Assembly: GCA_000934665.2 (NCBI GenBank)
Contig: JYFJ02002798.1
Coordinates: 1 to 50,674, forward strand
Direction: 5' to 3'
Origin: Catajapyx aquilonaris
Taxonomy: Eukaryota
DNA length: 50,674 nt
Below are positions 12,300 to 24,869 of this stretch, piece by piece; within the stretch, counting starts at the first letter, position 1; each line of letters starts with the position of its first letter. A program made the position numbers and the translations under genes. The notes beneath the pieces are model-generated. The model was not told the DNA's origin, did no database searches, and saw only the letters and a list, made by a program, of their open reading frames with translations.

Positions 12300-13533
12300 C
12301 AGGGCCGGATCTAGGGGGGGGGGGGGCAAACGGGGGCACCTGCCCCGGGCGGCAAGAAGGTGGGGGCGGCATATCTTGTCCCTGGAAATAAACTTGTTAC
12401 ATGCACATTGCCAGCACATTGCACTGTTCTGTGTGCAGCTCCGGATTTACCCCCCCGGCCCCCCCGGCCTGACGCTTAAAAATGCAAATTTTTAAATTGT
12501 GTTCTCTCCTTCATTTAATGTTATTTTATTTTAAAATATTATATTGAAAGTTATGGCCGACCAGAGGGCGGCCGCCCTTCGGCAATTACCTTTTCTGCCT
12601 GTTGTGGTAAATCAAGCTCTCAAAAATTCGATTTTCTTAGTTATCTCGCCTTAATTTCGGATTTATTGAGAAATATATTTATTGCAACTCGCTGCCGCCC
12701 CTAGGCCAGTGCCTACTGTGCCTAATGGGAAATCCGCCGCTGTTGTGTTCTTTTCCGTTTTGGGGTTATTAACTAACGGCGTAGTTATTTGTGCAGATTG
12801 ATTCTATCTCTCTAGAAAATTTGCCTGTAAACGAGATGTGTTAATTTAGTGATTATTGTAATTAACTACCACCAAAGGAAAGGGGTAGGGTTGAATTGGA
12901 AGTGGTGGTTGCGAATTTTATGCATCTATCCGAAAAAGATTGGGAAGCACGGCTCTGTAATGATTGAAAACCCGCTAATGTACGTTATTGACAACACTGG
13001 AATTGTTTGGGAACTTGTAACGACAAAACTACAGCCACCTATTAAGCAGAACTACTTTCAAGTGCAATATGCAGATCTGAAATAGTTATTAACCTTCTTG
13101 TCATGCAGAAAGCTTTCATGCTAACCCTTCTCCTGTGTGTATTGTCCGGGACAATGACAAGACGTGCGTTCATTACGAAAATATCTGCAAACAGTATATT
13201 ATTTGTACTGGTAGTCAAAACTGTAGTGCATCTTAGGGACTCTTTCCCAGCAGAAATGCAAAACAACGCTGAAGATGATATTTCTTTCTGGCAGAAAGAA
13301 ATTTAGCACCCTCAGCTTGTGTGACCTTGAACACAAAAAAAAATTTCGCCTGCGGCGGGCTTCCTCGCCTACCAGCTCCCCCAAAAGAACATTTTGCATG
13401 CGCCACTGCCTGAAGTGCAGAAGATCCATGTCAGAAAAATGAATGAAACCAAACTTTTAAACCGCGGGGGTGGGGTGGGGGGCGACAGGAAATGTTTCTG
13501 CCCCCCCTCCGAAATTTCCTAGATACGGCACTG
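12300..13533. mobile_element. hAT-like non-autonomous composite element, ~1.2 kb
   Basis: TIRs CAGGGCCGGATCTAGG and CAGTGCCGTATCTAGG (14/16 match). Flanks CCAAAATCG and CCAAAATG give a near 8-bp TSD. Extra internal CAG-type ends at 12742 and 13408. Confidence 0.65.
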
Positions 13534-14770
13534 CCAAAATGTCCCCACAAGAGAAATTGTGGGGGCAGTAGTCCGCCCCCACAGTTACAGTAAAAACACA
13601 TACTTCCGGTCCCACAGCTTATTGAAGACAAGAACAAACAGATTAATGGATTAATGAGTAACTAAATACGAAATAAATAACTTAAATACATAAATAAATA
13701 AATGACATCATGTCCCGCCACCTACAAAGTGTGTACAGGTGTTGCTGGCTAACAGTAAGTAAATAAATAAGTAGACTAAACGTAAAACGTAAAAGTAATT
13801 AAATTAAGTAAACGCACTCTTCCTCTTTAATACAGCCTCTGTATTTTAATGTCGATTATAACTTAATTGGGAATTACAAATTTGGAAATACAGTATTAGC
13901 GACATTCCAGGTTTATAATTTCACCCTTTATTATAATTTCACCCTTTATTCGATCTAATATTTTTACACTCTAATCGTTATTAACGGCTAGTTACTATAT
14001 AATAATAATTTCTAAATGCGCTGTAGATTACATGTACACATAAATAATAATGATTTGATGCGATGATTCAGTTGGGACTCACTGCGCAAATGCTTCAATA
14101 AGTTGCAGCACGTGCAACATGCAGTGGAGCATTACGCATTCCAGTACCGACAATTGGCTGACGAGTCACGGGCCGCTGCGATTCTACCAATTGGCGATTG
14201 GAGCGGAAATCTTCCCCCAAAAGGAAACGTTCTGACCCCCGTCAAAAATTTTGACAGCTCGTCTCTTGGAGTCCAAAAAAAGAGAAGTAGCTGGGGGTGG
14301 ATGTGGGGTAATCGTGCTTAAATGAGTATGGTAGAAAATTTTGGTATGCTTAAGGACGAAGAAAAGCGGTGGCTGTGCACCCCCCGCCGCCCCCTCCCTT
14401 CTCTTTTTGGCCCTGGGGCGGACCTAGGAGGGGGGGGGGCTTTCGCTTTAGGGGGAAAAAGGGGGGGGGAGACCCCCGGTAGTGCTCCGGAGGGGGTCTG
14501 AATAGCCCCCCCTCTTCTCTCTCTTCCTAACTAGAGAGAAGAGATGGGGGGGTTTCGGATGCTGGATGGGGGAGGGCACGTGCGTAAATGCCACCTGTCT
14601 CCCTTCTGAATGAAAGGGAGGCAAGGGGGGGGCACCAGCTGACCCCCCTGGATTGCCCGCATCGACTCACCTTCGCTCCAGTTGTTGCCCCAACTCTCTT
14701 CACCTTCATCCAAAACATTGAGTTTGCATCATCCAGATGGCCATCTTCACTAGCTATCAGTCTGAAGATA

Positions 14771-14875
14771 CAGTTGAATCCGGATATAACAGCCTCGGAT
14801 ATAACGGACGTTCGGTTATAACAGACTGGAGAGGCCAGTCCCGCCATACTGTGTATTTTTACTCCTGATATAACA
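14771..14875 (+). mobile_element. Tc1/mariner (Tigger/pogo-like) terminal fragment
   Basis: TA|CAGTTGAATCCGGATATAAC with repeated GGATATAAC/GGTTATAAC motifs. No partner end found. Confidence 0.45.
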
Positions 14876-15988
14876 TACTCATTTTCATCTCACCTCTATA
14901 TACGTAGACAGTCGGATCGCTTCTTGTGTACAACCTTGCAGAGTTATGCCGGATTTGAAAGGAAATAATCCTTGTTTTGACTGCGCACCTCAGCACCATT
15001 AGTCCCTTAAGGAATAGTAGCAATAACAATTGGAAGCATTTCATGGGAAAACAAGAGAAGCTCTTGTGTGTGTGAGGCCGAGTGGAAGAGTGTGTTTGAG
15101 CTGCAAGTTTTCCTTTTTTTTATTATTCTGCCATTCATGCTTGTCGTCGTAGTAAGCAAACAGTGTCAGATCGCAGCAGCAGTGGAGCGAGAGGCAGGGG
15201 AACGTCCCCCCCGAAAAAGAGAGAAAAAGAAACCTTCATCCTCCAGTTCCATGATACACCGCCTGAGGTTATGGACCAAGCGGTTAGGCCCAATGAATCT
15301 TTCATGCCTCATTTTTGGAGGGACTTTCGGGAGGGGAACATGTACAGGGTGAGTCAGATGTCCACACTTACTTAGACTTGTTTCGGCGGCATATGGAAGG
15401 ACCTGTAGTTCTGCCTCACCCTGTACATCCTGAGCAAACGGCTTCAAAAAAGGTTGCGACAAAGATTGTTTCTGTGACGGTCAACAAATAACAGAAAACG
15501 GAACTTACTGGGTGGCAAACCAACCGGTCCCTTATTCTCCTTTTTTCCCTTCTCAAGCCCTTCTGGTGGCTGTAGAAAAGGGTCCACTTAATCTGGGTTT
15601 TGTTCCAGGCCATTGGAACTCCTTTTGCTCTTATTGTGGAAAGCAAACATTTCCGTCTTGTGTAGCCCCCTCAAACCGCAAAAACCGCTGCGGAAATAAG
15701 GAGGGTGGAGACTGCTGTGGGATATAAATGGAAGAGAAGCCACGCTTTTCTTTCCTTTTTGTGCTCGGACCGACGCCTTCAAAAGGTGAAGCCAATGACA
15801 GACTCTTATTCCAGATCGTTGGATAAGTCGGAAATGCGCCACGGGAAGCCACTTACCGCTCAATATACGCTTAAGTGACGCGTGAAATATTTACAGTAAT
15901 ATTTTGTGGGAGAAAATGACATTGTACGAGTACTATAGGGTAAAAGCTAAGAGGACCAGGACAATATTAATTCTTTTTATTCTGTGGC

Positions 15989-17262
15989 GACACTGGGTCG
16001 AATCTTCGTCCTACTGCTATAGTTACTGCTAACTTAGCGACATTGGGTGGAATTTTAGTCGTACTACTATAGTTACTTTTAACTTAGCAGTACCATTGCA
16101 TGACATTGGTACTGCTAAGTTAAAAGTAACTATAGCAGTACGACGAAAATTCCACCCGTTATTGGTACTGCTAACTTAGCAGTACTATTACCAACAGTGT
16201 TAGTTAAATAATGGTAACTAACTTAATAGTACTATTACCAACAGTGTGAGCTAAATAGTGGTAACTAACTTAGAAGTACTATTATAACATTTATACCAAT
16301 ACTGTTAGCTAACTAGTTGTAACTAAGTTAGCAGTACTATTACTAACACTGGTACTGCTAAACCTACTAAGCAGTACCAATGTTGGTAATAGTACTGCTA
16401 ATTTAGTTACAACTACAGTAGTTAGCTAACAGCGGCTAACAGTATTGGTATAAATGGTATAATAGTACTACTAAGTTAGTTACCACTATTTAGCTAACAC
16501 TGTTGGTAATAGTACTGCGAAGTTAGTTACCTACTACTAAGTTAGTTAGCAGTACTATTACTAGTACTGCGAAGTTAGTTACCTACTACTAAGTTAGTTA
16601 GCAGTACTATTACTAGTACTGCGAAGTTAGTTACCTACTACTAAGTTAGTTAGCAGTACTATTACTAGTACTGATAAGTTAGTTACCTACTACTAAGTTA
16701 GTTAGCTGTAGGCTACTATTACTAGTACTGCTAAGTTAGTTACCTACTACTAATAAGTTAGTTAGCAGTATTATTACTAGTACTGCGAAGTTAGTTACCT
16801 ACTACTAAGTTAGTTAGCAGTACTATTACTAGTACTGCTAAGTTAGTCACCTACTACTAAGTTAGTTAGCAGTACTATTACTAGTACTGCGAAGTTAGTT
16901 ACCTACTACTAAGTTAGTTAGCAGTACTATTACTAGTACTGATAAGTTAGTTACCTACTACTAAGTTAGTTAGCAGTAGGCTACTATTACTAGTACTGCT
17001 AAGTTAGTTACCTACTACTAATAAGTTAGTTAGCAGTATTATTACTAGTACTGCGAAGTTAGTTACCTACTACTAAGTTAGTTAGCAGTACTATTACTAG
17101 TACTGCTAAGTTAGTCACCTACTACTAAGTTAGTTAGCAGTACTATTACTAGTACTGCTAAGTTAGTCACCTACTACTAAGTTAGTTAGCAGTACTATTA
17201 CTAACACTGGTACTGCTAACTTAGCAGTAACTAGCAGCGGGACGAAAATCCGACCCACTGTC
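15989..17262. mobile_element. 1.27-kb foldback element containing a nested mini-copy, an internal palindrome and a satellite array
   Basis: TIRs GACACTGGGTCGAATCTTCGTCC.. and ..GGGACGAAAATCCGACCCACTGTC. Nested copy at ~16039-16160. Palindrome centred at ~16365. Confidence 0.85.
16510..17202. repeat. 52-bp satellite, 13 monomers, with a 268-bp higher-order repeat
   Basis: Monomer CTAGTACTGCGAAGTTAGTTACCTACTACTAAGTTAGTTAGCAGTACTATTA. Starts at 16561, 16613, 16665, 16722, 16777, 16829, 16881, 16933 and onward. Confidence 0.95.
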
Positions 17263-19036
17263 TTTTAGTTGGAAAAATCCTCCATTTTTTTTAAAGCTAT
17301 ACTGTTCATTACAATAAAATTGTGCAATTTGTTACCAAAAATTCAATATTGCTGAATTAACCTGGAAGAGTCAGGAAGTCAGCAATCCTGGCCATATATC
17401 ACTCTTCCCGGTCAGTGAATTATTGTCGGGGCCAAAAAAACAAATCCTCCCCCAAAATGTTGAGTGCCATATATCACAAGCAAAATTGAAATCTCCAGCT
17501 GGGTCTTGTCCGCAGCTTTTTTTTTTCCAACAATGTTGGTGGATATAAGGGGGAGGGGTTGTGTATCTTTATCATTGGGCAGGTGTGGTTAGGTGTGGTG
17601 ATGGCCATTATCTGAAGGGGCAGCTGCTGTAGACTTCCTGTCTTTGGTCAGATGCAATTCTTGACGATAAGAGGGTACCTAGGCACAAGCCTTTTTGAGT
17701 TATGGCTTGGCTTGGGCCCTCCAAAGCTAAAAGACTCCCGAAAATCCGATTAGGTTTAGAGTCCCCCTAAACTGGCACAGTCCCCATCTTGTTTCTATCC
17801 CCCCGCTTATTCATTTTCACACTCTTCAAAAGATGGTCCTGCTGATCTGGACCTAGCTTTGGGTTCTAAAGCCTGATGAAAAGGATCCGCTTCTGGCTGG
17901 AGAAAAGAGACAGATTGGTATCCAGAAGCGGGGGATAAAAACCACAGCTAAGATTTATTGTCGACTGACATGTTTCAGTCTGTTTGCAAACACTAGAGAG
18001 GAAACTAACACTAACCATATGATTGACATTTATCAGCTTTTATTACCGGTACAGTAAAATTATCAAATAAATTCGGTATTTATACAATTAGGGCGTCCGC
18101 GTTACTCGCTCTCTGTAAACAGTGGCAACAATCGAAAGAACACTGTAAGCGACCTCCACGTAATGATGTCTGAACACGCCATCGTTTCCAAGTAACGCGC
18201 GCCGCTGACGCCGAAAAAAACCATTTCGGGAATTCTATTTTGCCCGGTCCGGTAGTGTACTGGACAAACCACAACTTAGCCTATTATTACAATACTTATT
18301 ATATAATACAATAGAATTAGCTATATGCGTGCCTTAGTCTCCCTACACGCGTTGACTATAGGTGCATGTATAGGACAGAGTCACGCCTAGCCAATTCTAT
18401 GCTAATAAACCGACATGCGTTTAACACCCTGTTTATTCCAGCACGTGCGCATTATTCCGCCCTATTATTACTATTAAACTGCGAAAAAAATTTACAATAG
18501 GCGATTAGACACGGAGAGGCAAATAGATGCCTGCAAGTTTGGGTGAGAAAGTGTGGTGATTTTTCCCAGGGCCCCTGCGTCGACCTTCGATTAGAAGTTA
18601 GCAACCCTGATCCGGATTTCCATAAGTCCTCGTTAGGTGTGACGTGTGGAGGCGTGTGTTGCTGGGATAATGACGCAATGATGGGTTTCAGTGCTTGCGG
18701 CTTCCCATCGGAACCCAGGGGGACATATCGGTGGTGGGACGTCCGCGTGTCAAAGGGGACACGTGTCCGGCACGCGACCTACGGAATCGCCTTTTCCGGA
18801 ACCAATTTGGGCGACGTACGCCGGACGGAAAGGGATCCGGAATCACACATAAAGAGAATAGGTGGGGGTGCGCAAGTGTCTCTATAGGGAGAATTACACT
18901 TTAGCGGATTAAAGTTTCTATTAGCCATGGGAGCACACACGCTGGAAGTGGGGGTGGGGGAGACGAAATTCACCATTTTAACTTAGAAAATAAAACTCGC
19001 AGTGGATTTTTAGACGATTTTTTAAAAAAACAACAC

Positions 19037-19403
19037 CAGGGAGCATATACTACATAAGAGGCGCAAACTTCTGTCGGTGCCTTGCCTTTGATGTTCGCGT
19101 CTCTCTGTTTGGGGCCGTTGCCAAGGCTGGCGGCCATTTTGAAGTGTGGGCAACGCCAACGAGGTATAAATAGGGTACAGGCAAAAATAGGGTCCGCCAT
19201 CTTTGATTCGCGCGTGTTCTTGCCGTGTAGTTGCTATGGCCGCCAAAACCATCAAAGATGCCGGATCATATTTTAGCCTGTACCCTATTTATACCTCGTT
19301 GGAGTTGCCCACACTTCAAAATGGCCGCCAGCCTTGGCAACGCCCCAAACAGAGAGACGCGGAAATCGAATGTTTGCGCCTCTTATGTAGTATATGCTCC
19401 CTG
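19037..19403. mobile_element. Foldback MITE with 7-bp TSD (P/Galileo-superfamily-like), copy 1
   Basis: TIR CAGGGAGCATATACTACATAAGAGGCGCAAAC, inverted arms ~150 bp, TSD ACAACAC (19030-19036, 19404-19410). Confidence 0.9.
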
Positions 19404-19424
19404 ACAACACGGTCTATAGATGAT

Positions 19425-19548
19425 TTTTTAAATGAGAGCAACCGAGTGCGCAACACAGTTCGCGCAAATTGAGGGGGTAACAATGGGGCCGACTTTTGCG
19501 ACGTTGCCAAAGCTCAGGAACGAACCTTAGAGGTTACCTGTGTGAATT
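19425..19548 (+). repeat. Dispersed repeat fragment, also at ~24040-24260
   Basis: Both loci share gagcaaccgagtgcg..acacagttcgcgca and ggccga.ttttgc.acgttg..aa.gctc.ggaacgaacct.agagg.tac. Confidence 0.75.
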
Positions 19549-22500
19549 TGACGCCGAAAATTCCACCCTTCATCTATAATAGTTACAAATTAGCCCTTTT
19601 TGGCCCAGATCTCTCCAGTTAAATCCTATCTCGTTATAGGTGTCAAAAAGAGGCCATTTGTGTCGACCTGATGCCAGTTGTGCTGGTCTGTGTGACGGCG
19701 GTAGGTCGCCCCCAGCCTTAATGCCGAATCGGGTCGAATCCGTAACGGAGGTCAGGAACAAAAGGGCAGAGCTAGACCCACAGCAGAAGGTGCGTGCGTG
19801 CACATGTTTCGAGGGAACGTCCATCCATTTGTATATGTATTGCTTGTGCCCCTGCTGCTCAGATTAGTCCAAACCTTGCCTGGCCACGTGCCTTGCCCCC
19901 CGGAAAATCCGCCTCTTTACAGCAAATTAGGACCTTTCAGACACCGTCGGTCCAGGACAAACAGCCGGGCCCTGCCGATCCAAGCACGCTCCGATGCATG
20001 TATACATTGGCCAGTTCCCCGGCAGAAGAAGAGCAATCATATAGTCTAATGGTGGGGGGCAATACCTGCACATTAGTGTTTTTCCACTCCATTCATCTCC
20101 AGACAGAACTAGAAACATTCTTGGGCCATTCAACAGTCCGGTCGTGTTTTATACGATTTGCTGGGTATGGGTCTGGAAATGGGCAAATGTGACACGGATA
20201 TTCTTTGCATATCTTATCACTTGGCTTCCCAGGATTATATCCGTGGGAAAAGCTCCAGATCATTCTGATAAGGTGTGACCTGGTGGTGTTCACACTTTTT
20301 TTTCTTCTTCGTTGCCAATCAAACAAGTTGTTTTGCACCTTTTAACAGTCCAGCAGCATTTTCTATACCCCCAATAATGAAAAGGTTGGTCGTTTCCAAT
20401 TCCTGGTTGGCGTCCATTTCACGACGCATTCTGCAAGGGGGGACGGCCTGTCCTTTGTGTGTACAGACCGTGGTCCAACTTTGCCAATGAGGGGTGAAAA
20501 GTAGATTCGACACCGTCCGAAAAAAAAGGGAACCCGTGTCCAAAAGAAAAGCTCAGATTTTCTCCTAAAAGAGATGTAAAATGTGAAACCAACTCTACTT
20601 TTCCTTACACAGTTAATGGAAAAGTCACCCCAGTCACCCCATAATTTCTTTTCGGCAATGAACAAGTGCAACTATTCATGTTATTTTTTTGGAGGCACGT
20701 GTTGGTCATGTTAGAGGATCAGTAAACGCCCCCTACTTCTGCCCCTGTCCGAAATGTTGATGGATGGTGATGGATGGTCCTTTGATAGGTTTACTTGGAG
20801 AGCACATGAGCCACCTAAATAATATGCAAATCCGATCCGTCTTTTGCGACGTATCAGCTACGGATCAACATTGACGCAATATTTTGCTGGTATTGTTGCC
20901 AATCGAGCAAGGTCGACCACCTTCTTTTAAAACCCTCTGCAACAATGACCACTGGATGGACATGTTTATTTGCTGGTGTCAGGTAGTGTTGGCCATGAGC
21001 CTTCCTTCCTTCCTTCCTTCCTGTGAATGGAGAGCCAAGTGAGTCCATCAGGCCACAATGTAGACGTTACCCGAACCCAGACCGGAACAAGGGTTATGCC
21101 ATGTTGTATACCTTTTAAGTTGGCAACTCTTGAAAACACGGGGACCTTCGTGGGAGGTCGCTCCACAAGAATTTTTTTCTTCTTCTTTTCCATCTCATGG
21201 GAACCCAAGGACTTGTCATAAACTGCGGGGTCAGATTCTTGTTTGCCACAAGTTGGATTGAATATGAGACACACTGCCAATTACTGAGCATCACGGGGGT
21301 GCACGTCCGGCTTGGTTAGGTACCGTTGGAGGTTTTATTTATTATAAAACTAGCAGAGGAATAAGAAGATGGACCGTTCACTCTCCAATTGTGTGATTGA
21401 TACAATGACAGCTTTTTGATTGGATAGTTGGAAAATATCTAAGTGAATTGGACTTACCAATAACGCTTATTGGTTGGGTAATCCCTCTGCATGATGAGAT
21501 GGATTTGTAATGAGCGTGATGAATTGGGTTGAGGGGCCAAAGTAGAGCAGCGGGACCAAAAGGCCATTGCTTCTATTCCCTTCTGCATAATCCCCCTTCC
21601 CGAATAATATAAAAGGAACCAAGGGAGGAGGCCCATAGTTCCGGGGCATAAAATCAATATCTCACACGGGACCTTGATCTAATAACACACCTTTTTGTTG
21701 CCTATGATTTACGTCGGATTATGGCCAGCAGAATGAAAAGGAACAAGGGAAAAAGGGGGGGCTAAGGCAGGAAGGGTGGGTCAATTGGATGAATCGGGGA
21801 AAGTTTGGTCGGGTTGGACCCAAAAAGTTTTGGGTTGATTTACACCATGCAGGCAGACGTGTGAATAGTGTTTGGTGACTTACGGGCTCAAAGTGCAATT
21901 CACCGGAATTTACAATCCGTTGCATCACTACAGGGATCATCAGAGAAAATTTTAACACATATATGGACTATAGGTTCTGTATCATACGTGACAGAAAAAT
22001 TACTGCAATTACACCTAAAATTACTGGACAGTGAACCGTGAACTGGATCAGTGCAACACCCTGTACATGAGTCATGCACCAGTTGGCTGACTTGTGAGTC
22101 CCCCCCCCCCCAAAAAAAAACGACCATTGAAAGCAAAATGTTTGAAGTACCTTCTGATCCCCATCATGCGTGAGGTGCAACTCTATCCGCACTGAGAATC
22201 CAATTTCTGGCCAGCTATTTTATTATTCCTACGCCAATGGCCAAGTAGGTTGCTGCACTAGAGCAGGGGGCCTCTAATAATGGTCTTTTTTTCTCCAGGG
22301 ATCTCCGGGTGTGTTATAGGGGTGAGACCTCCAGGGAACAGAAAAGGATTAATGGCCACCCAACATTGGTCAGACAAGTGATGCACCGACAATTGTTTGC
22401 TCCTGGTCCCAATTTCACGTCAGATTAGGTCTTGATTAGGTGCAAATAGGTGTCACATTCGGCGCAGACTTGCAATGAATAAGGTAGCAAACCTGAAGGA

Positions 22501-23949
22501 TGGGTATAAGGTATCTGGATCGTCTGACTGTTGTAAGTTGCAGGTGAATACTTTTGATAGAGTGGACTAGTGACACTCGAGTCAAGAGGTGAGTCGAATC
22601 TGTGATTGCCCAAATCCAGTATGTATGAACCCTCCAGAAAGCATAGATCGGTTGTGATCAATAGCTTGGGTTGAGCACAAGCCACGCCGAACCAGTTCCC
22701 CCGATCGTATTCGGCCATCTGTCAGCTTTTGCTACTGCTGCTGCCCTGCCACCGGCCAATTCAAGCTTTGTATAGACCCGTACTTTTATTCCCTTATACA
22801 CCCCCCCCCCCCACCCTATACACAGCACCCGGTATGTACTCTAAGCCACCAACAAGTTGCACCCATTGGACCAGCGGGGACTTTGGATATGTCACCAAGG
22901 GATCAGCATCACTCTTTGTTGTCATCATTTTGGGGGGGACAACCGGCAGAAATTATTCATATTTCGCACCAGTCATTTCCTACGTTTTGACCCGAGGTCA
23001 AAAGGTTGGGTCGCTGATTTTTTTAAAACCGCTGTCAAATCAATCGCGGTTCGATATCTGTTGCGCTCACCTGTGCTTCTAATCAGCGTCCGGTGGGCCA
23101 GGTGAACCGTTTTATTTTGACAGTAATGACGCCGAGGCATACTGATTGCTGGCTTATACCGCAGCTGGGCACATTATTATCTAACCTTGGAGAAGTTTTA
23201 TCGCCTCATTATTGGCGGTTTATTAATTTGTCCATGTCTGGTCCCCAAAAAGCTCAGGTACCGACAAATGTTTGCAGCTTGTATGGGCCGCACCCTCTTT
23301 GGCACCACAATGATGCCCAAGGTCACTTCAATGTTGAGGGTCACTAACAAGAGGCTGCCCCAATCTGTAGAATCAACCAGTGCTCTCAAGTCAGTCACTT
23401 TGTTGATTGCTGGCTGAGAAATAAATGCTATTATAGCACGTGTTGTGTGCTGATTATGTGTGGGTAGAGCTTGGGGCAACAGTCAAACGGAAAGAGCACG
23501 TGTCCTGAGCAAAGGTGGGCGTCACCAAGCCACGAGCCTCGCATCACTTGGTGATAAATGACCCGTCCAAAAGTATATCCCAGTCTTTTAAAGTGTGTCA
23601 AAAAACCGAATAAACGATCGGATTTTAGAGTGAAAGATCATTAATCAGGACTTGGTCACATTTTTTTAAATGGTAGAGGGGTTGGCTGTCGGGGACCGAT
23701 TTTAAATTCATTTGTCACTCAATCAAGGCGGAATTTTTTGATGGACCCAGGCCTCAAATCTCTTGTCGGTTTGTCGGTTCGTAAGGGGCTTCTTTTGTAG
23801 GGACAAGTGGGGATTGGTCGGCTTAAGGATGAACTTTTTTGTGCCTCAGAAATTGTGGCCACTCTATTGGTTACGCATTACAACCCGCCGTTGAAAAGTA
23901 TGTGGATGACCTTAACCCCTTCACACCGAACTAATGAAACTATTCCCAG

Positions 23950-24038
23950 GCTTCCAGACTGTCCACGTAGTACCACATCCCTCATCTAGACGGCGCACTA
24001 CAGCCACTGTCAGGGTCATGCGAGGAAGTGGTACTGTA
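23950..24038 (+). mobile_element. Fragment of the dispersed 'GTAGTACCA...TAGATGGCG' repeat family
   Basis: gcttccagactgtccacgtagtaccacat...tagacggcgca...gtggtact matches 46835-46932 and the reverse complement of 41265-41365. Confidence 0.65.
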
Positions 24039-24259
24039 AATTTTTTTAAAAGAGCAACCGAGTGCGTATCACAGTTCGCGCAGCTTGTAGGGTTGGAATT
24101 ATCAATGATATATCTTGTAAGCTCTCTGCACAGTGGATGTACTGGTAAATAAGTGCTGCACTTATTTCCAACGCTACACTTGGGGATGGATACAAAATGG
24201 CCGATTTTGCCACGTTGACAAGGCTCTGGAACGAACCTCAGAGGCTACGGACCGTATGA

Positions 24260-24261
<2 letters not shown>

Positions 24262-24342
<81 letters not shown>
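24262..24342. repeat. (GAT)27 microsatellite
   Basis: Perfect trinucleotide run. It accounts for the poly-D, poly-S and poly-H ORFs. Confidence 0.95.
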
Positions 24343-24400
24343 AAAGAAGACCAACAACAACAATAATAGCAATAATTTTGCCACTGATAGTAACTCTGGC

Positions 24401-24869
24401 CAGGGAGCATATACTACATAAGAGGCGCAAACATTCGATTAGCGCGTCTCTCTGTTTGGGGCGTTGCCGTGGGTGGCGGCCATTTTGAAGCGGGGGCAAC
24501 GCCAACGAGGTATAAATAGGGTACAGGCAGGCCGTAAAGGTCCGCCATCTTTGATGGTTTTAGATGCCATGGCAATACACGGCAACAACACGCACGAATT
24601 TGAATATTTTTGCTGTACTTACGAAATTAATACGTAGAAAAGTGCAAGGAGCTCATACAGCAAAAATATTCAAATTCGCGCGTGTTCTTAACGTGAAGTG
24701 CCATAAAGCCATCAAAGATGGCGGACCTTTACGGCCTGCCTGTACCCTATTTATCCCTCGTTGGCGTTGTCCCCGTTTCAAAATGGCCGCCAGCCTTGGC
24801 AACGTCCCCAAACAGAGAGACGCGGACATCAAAGGAGCCGACCGAAGTTTGCGCCTCTTATGCTCCCTG
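24401..24869. mobile_element. Foldback MITE with 7-bp TSD, copy 2 (opposite orientation, longer central hairpin)
   Basis: Same TIR; the right TIR has a 9-bp deletion. TSD CTCTGGC (24394-24400, 24870-24876). Extra internal inverted repeat GAATTTGAATATTTTTGCTGTA/TACAGCAAAAATATTCAAATTC. Confidence 0.9.

Noticed and set aside
14380..14650. G-quadruplex-like G/C runs
   Set aside because: Poly-G/C runs are common throughout the window and partly belong to degenerate hAT-like ends, so nothing is locus-specific.
16510..17202. CRISPR-like array
   Set aside because: Contiguous monomers with no unique spacers, no cas genes, and a eukaryotic context.
21929..22065. TA-CAGGG...CCCTG-TA mariner-like MITE, and other lone TACAGGGTG motifs
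   Set aside because: Only 5 terminal bases are complementary, which is too little to call.
24133..24505. Poly-Asp, poly-Ser and poly-His ORFs
   Set aside because: They come from the (GAT)27 microsatellite.
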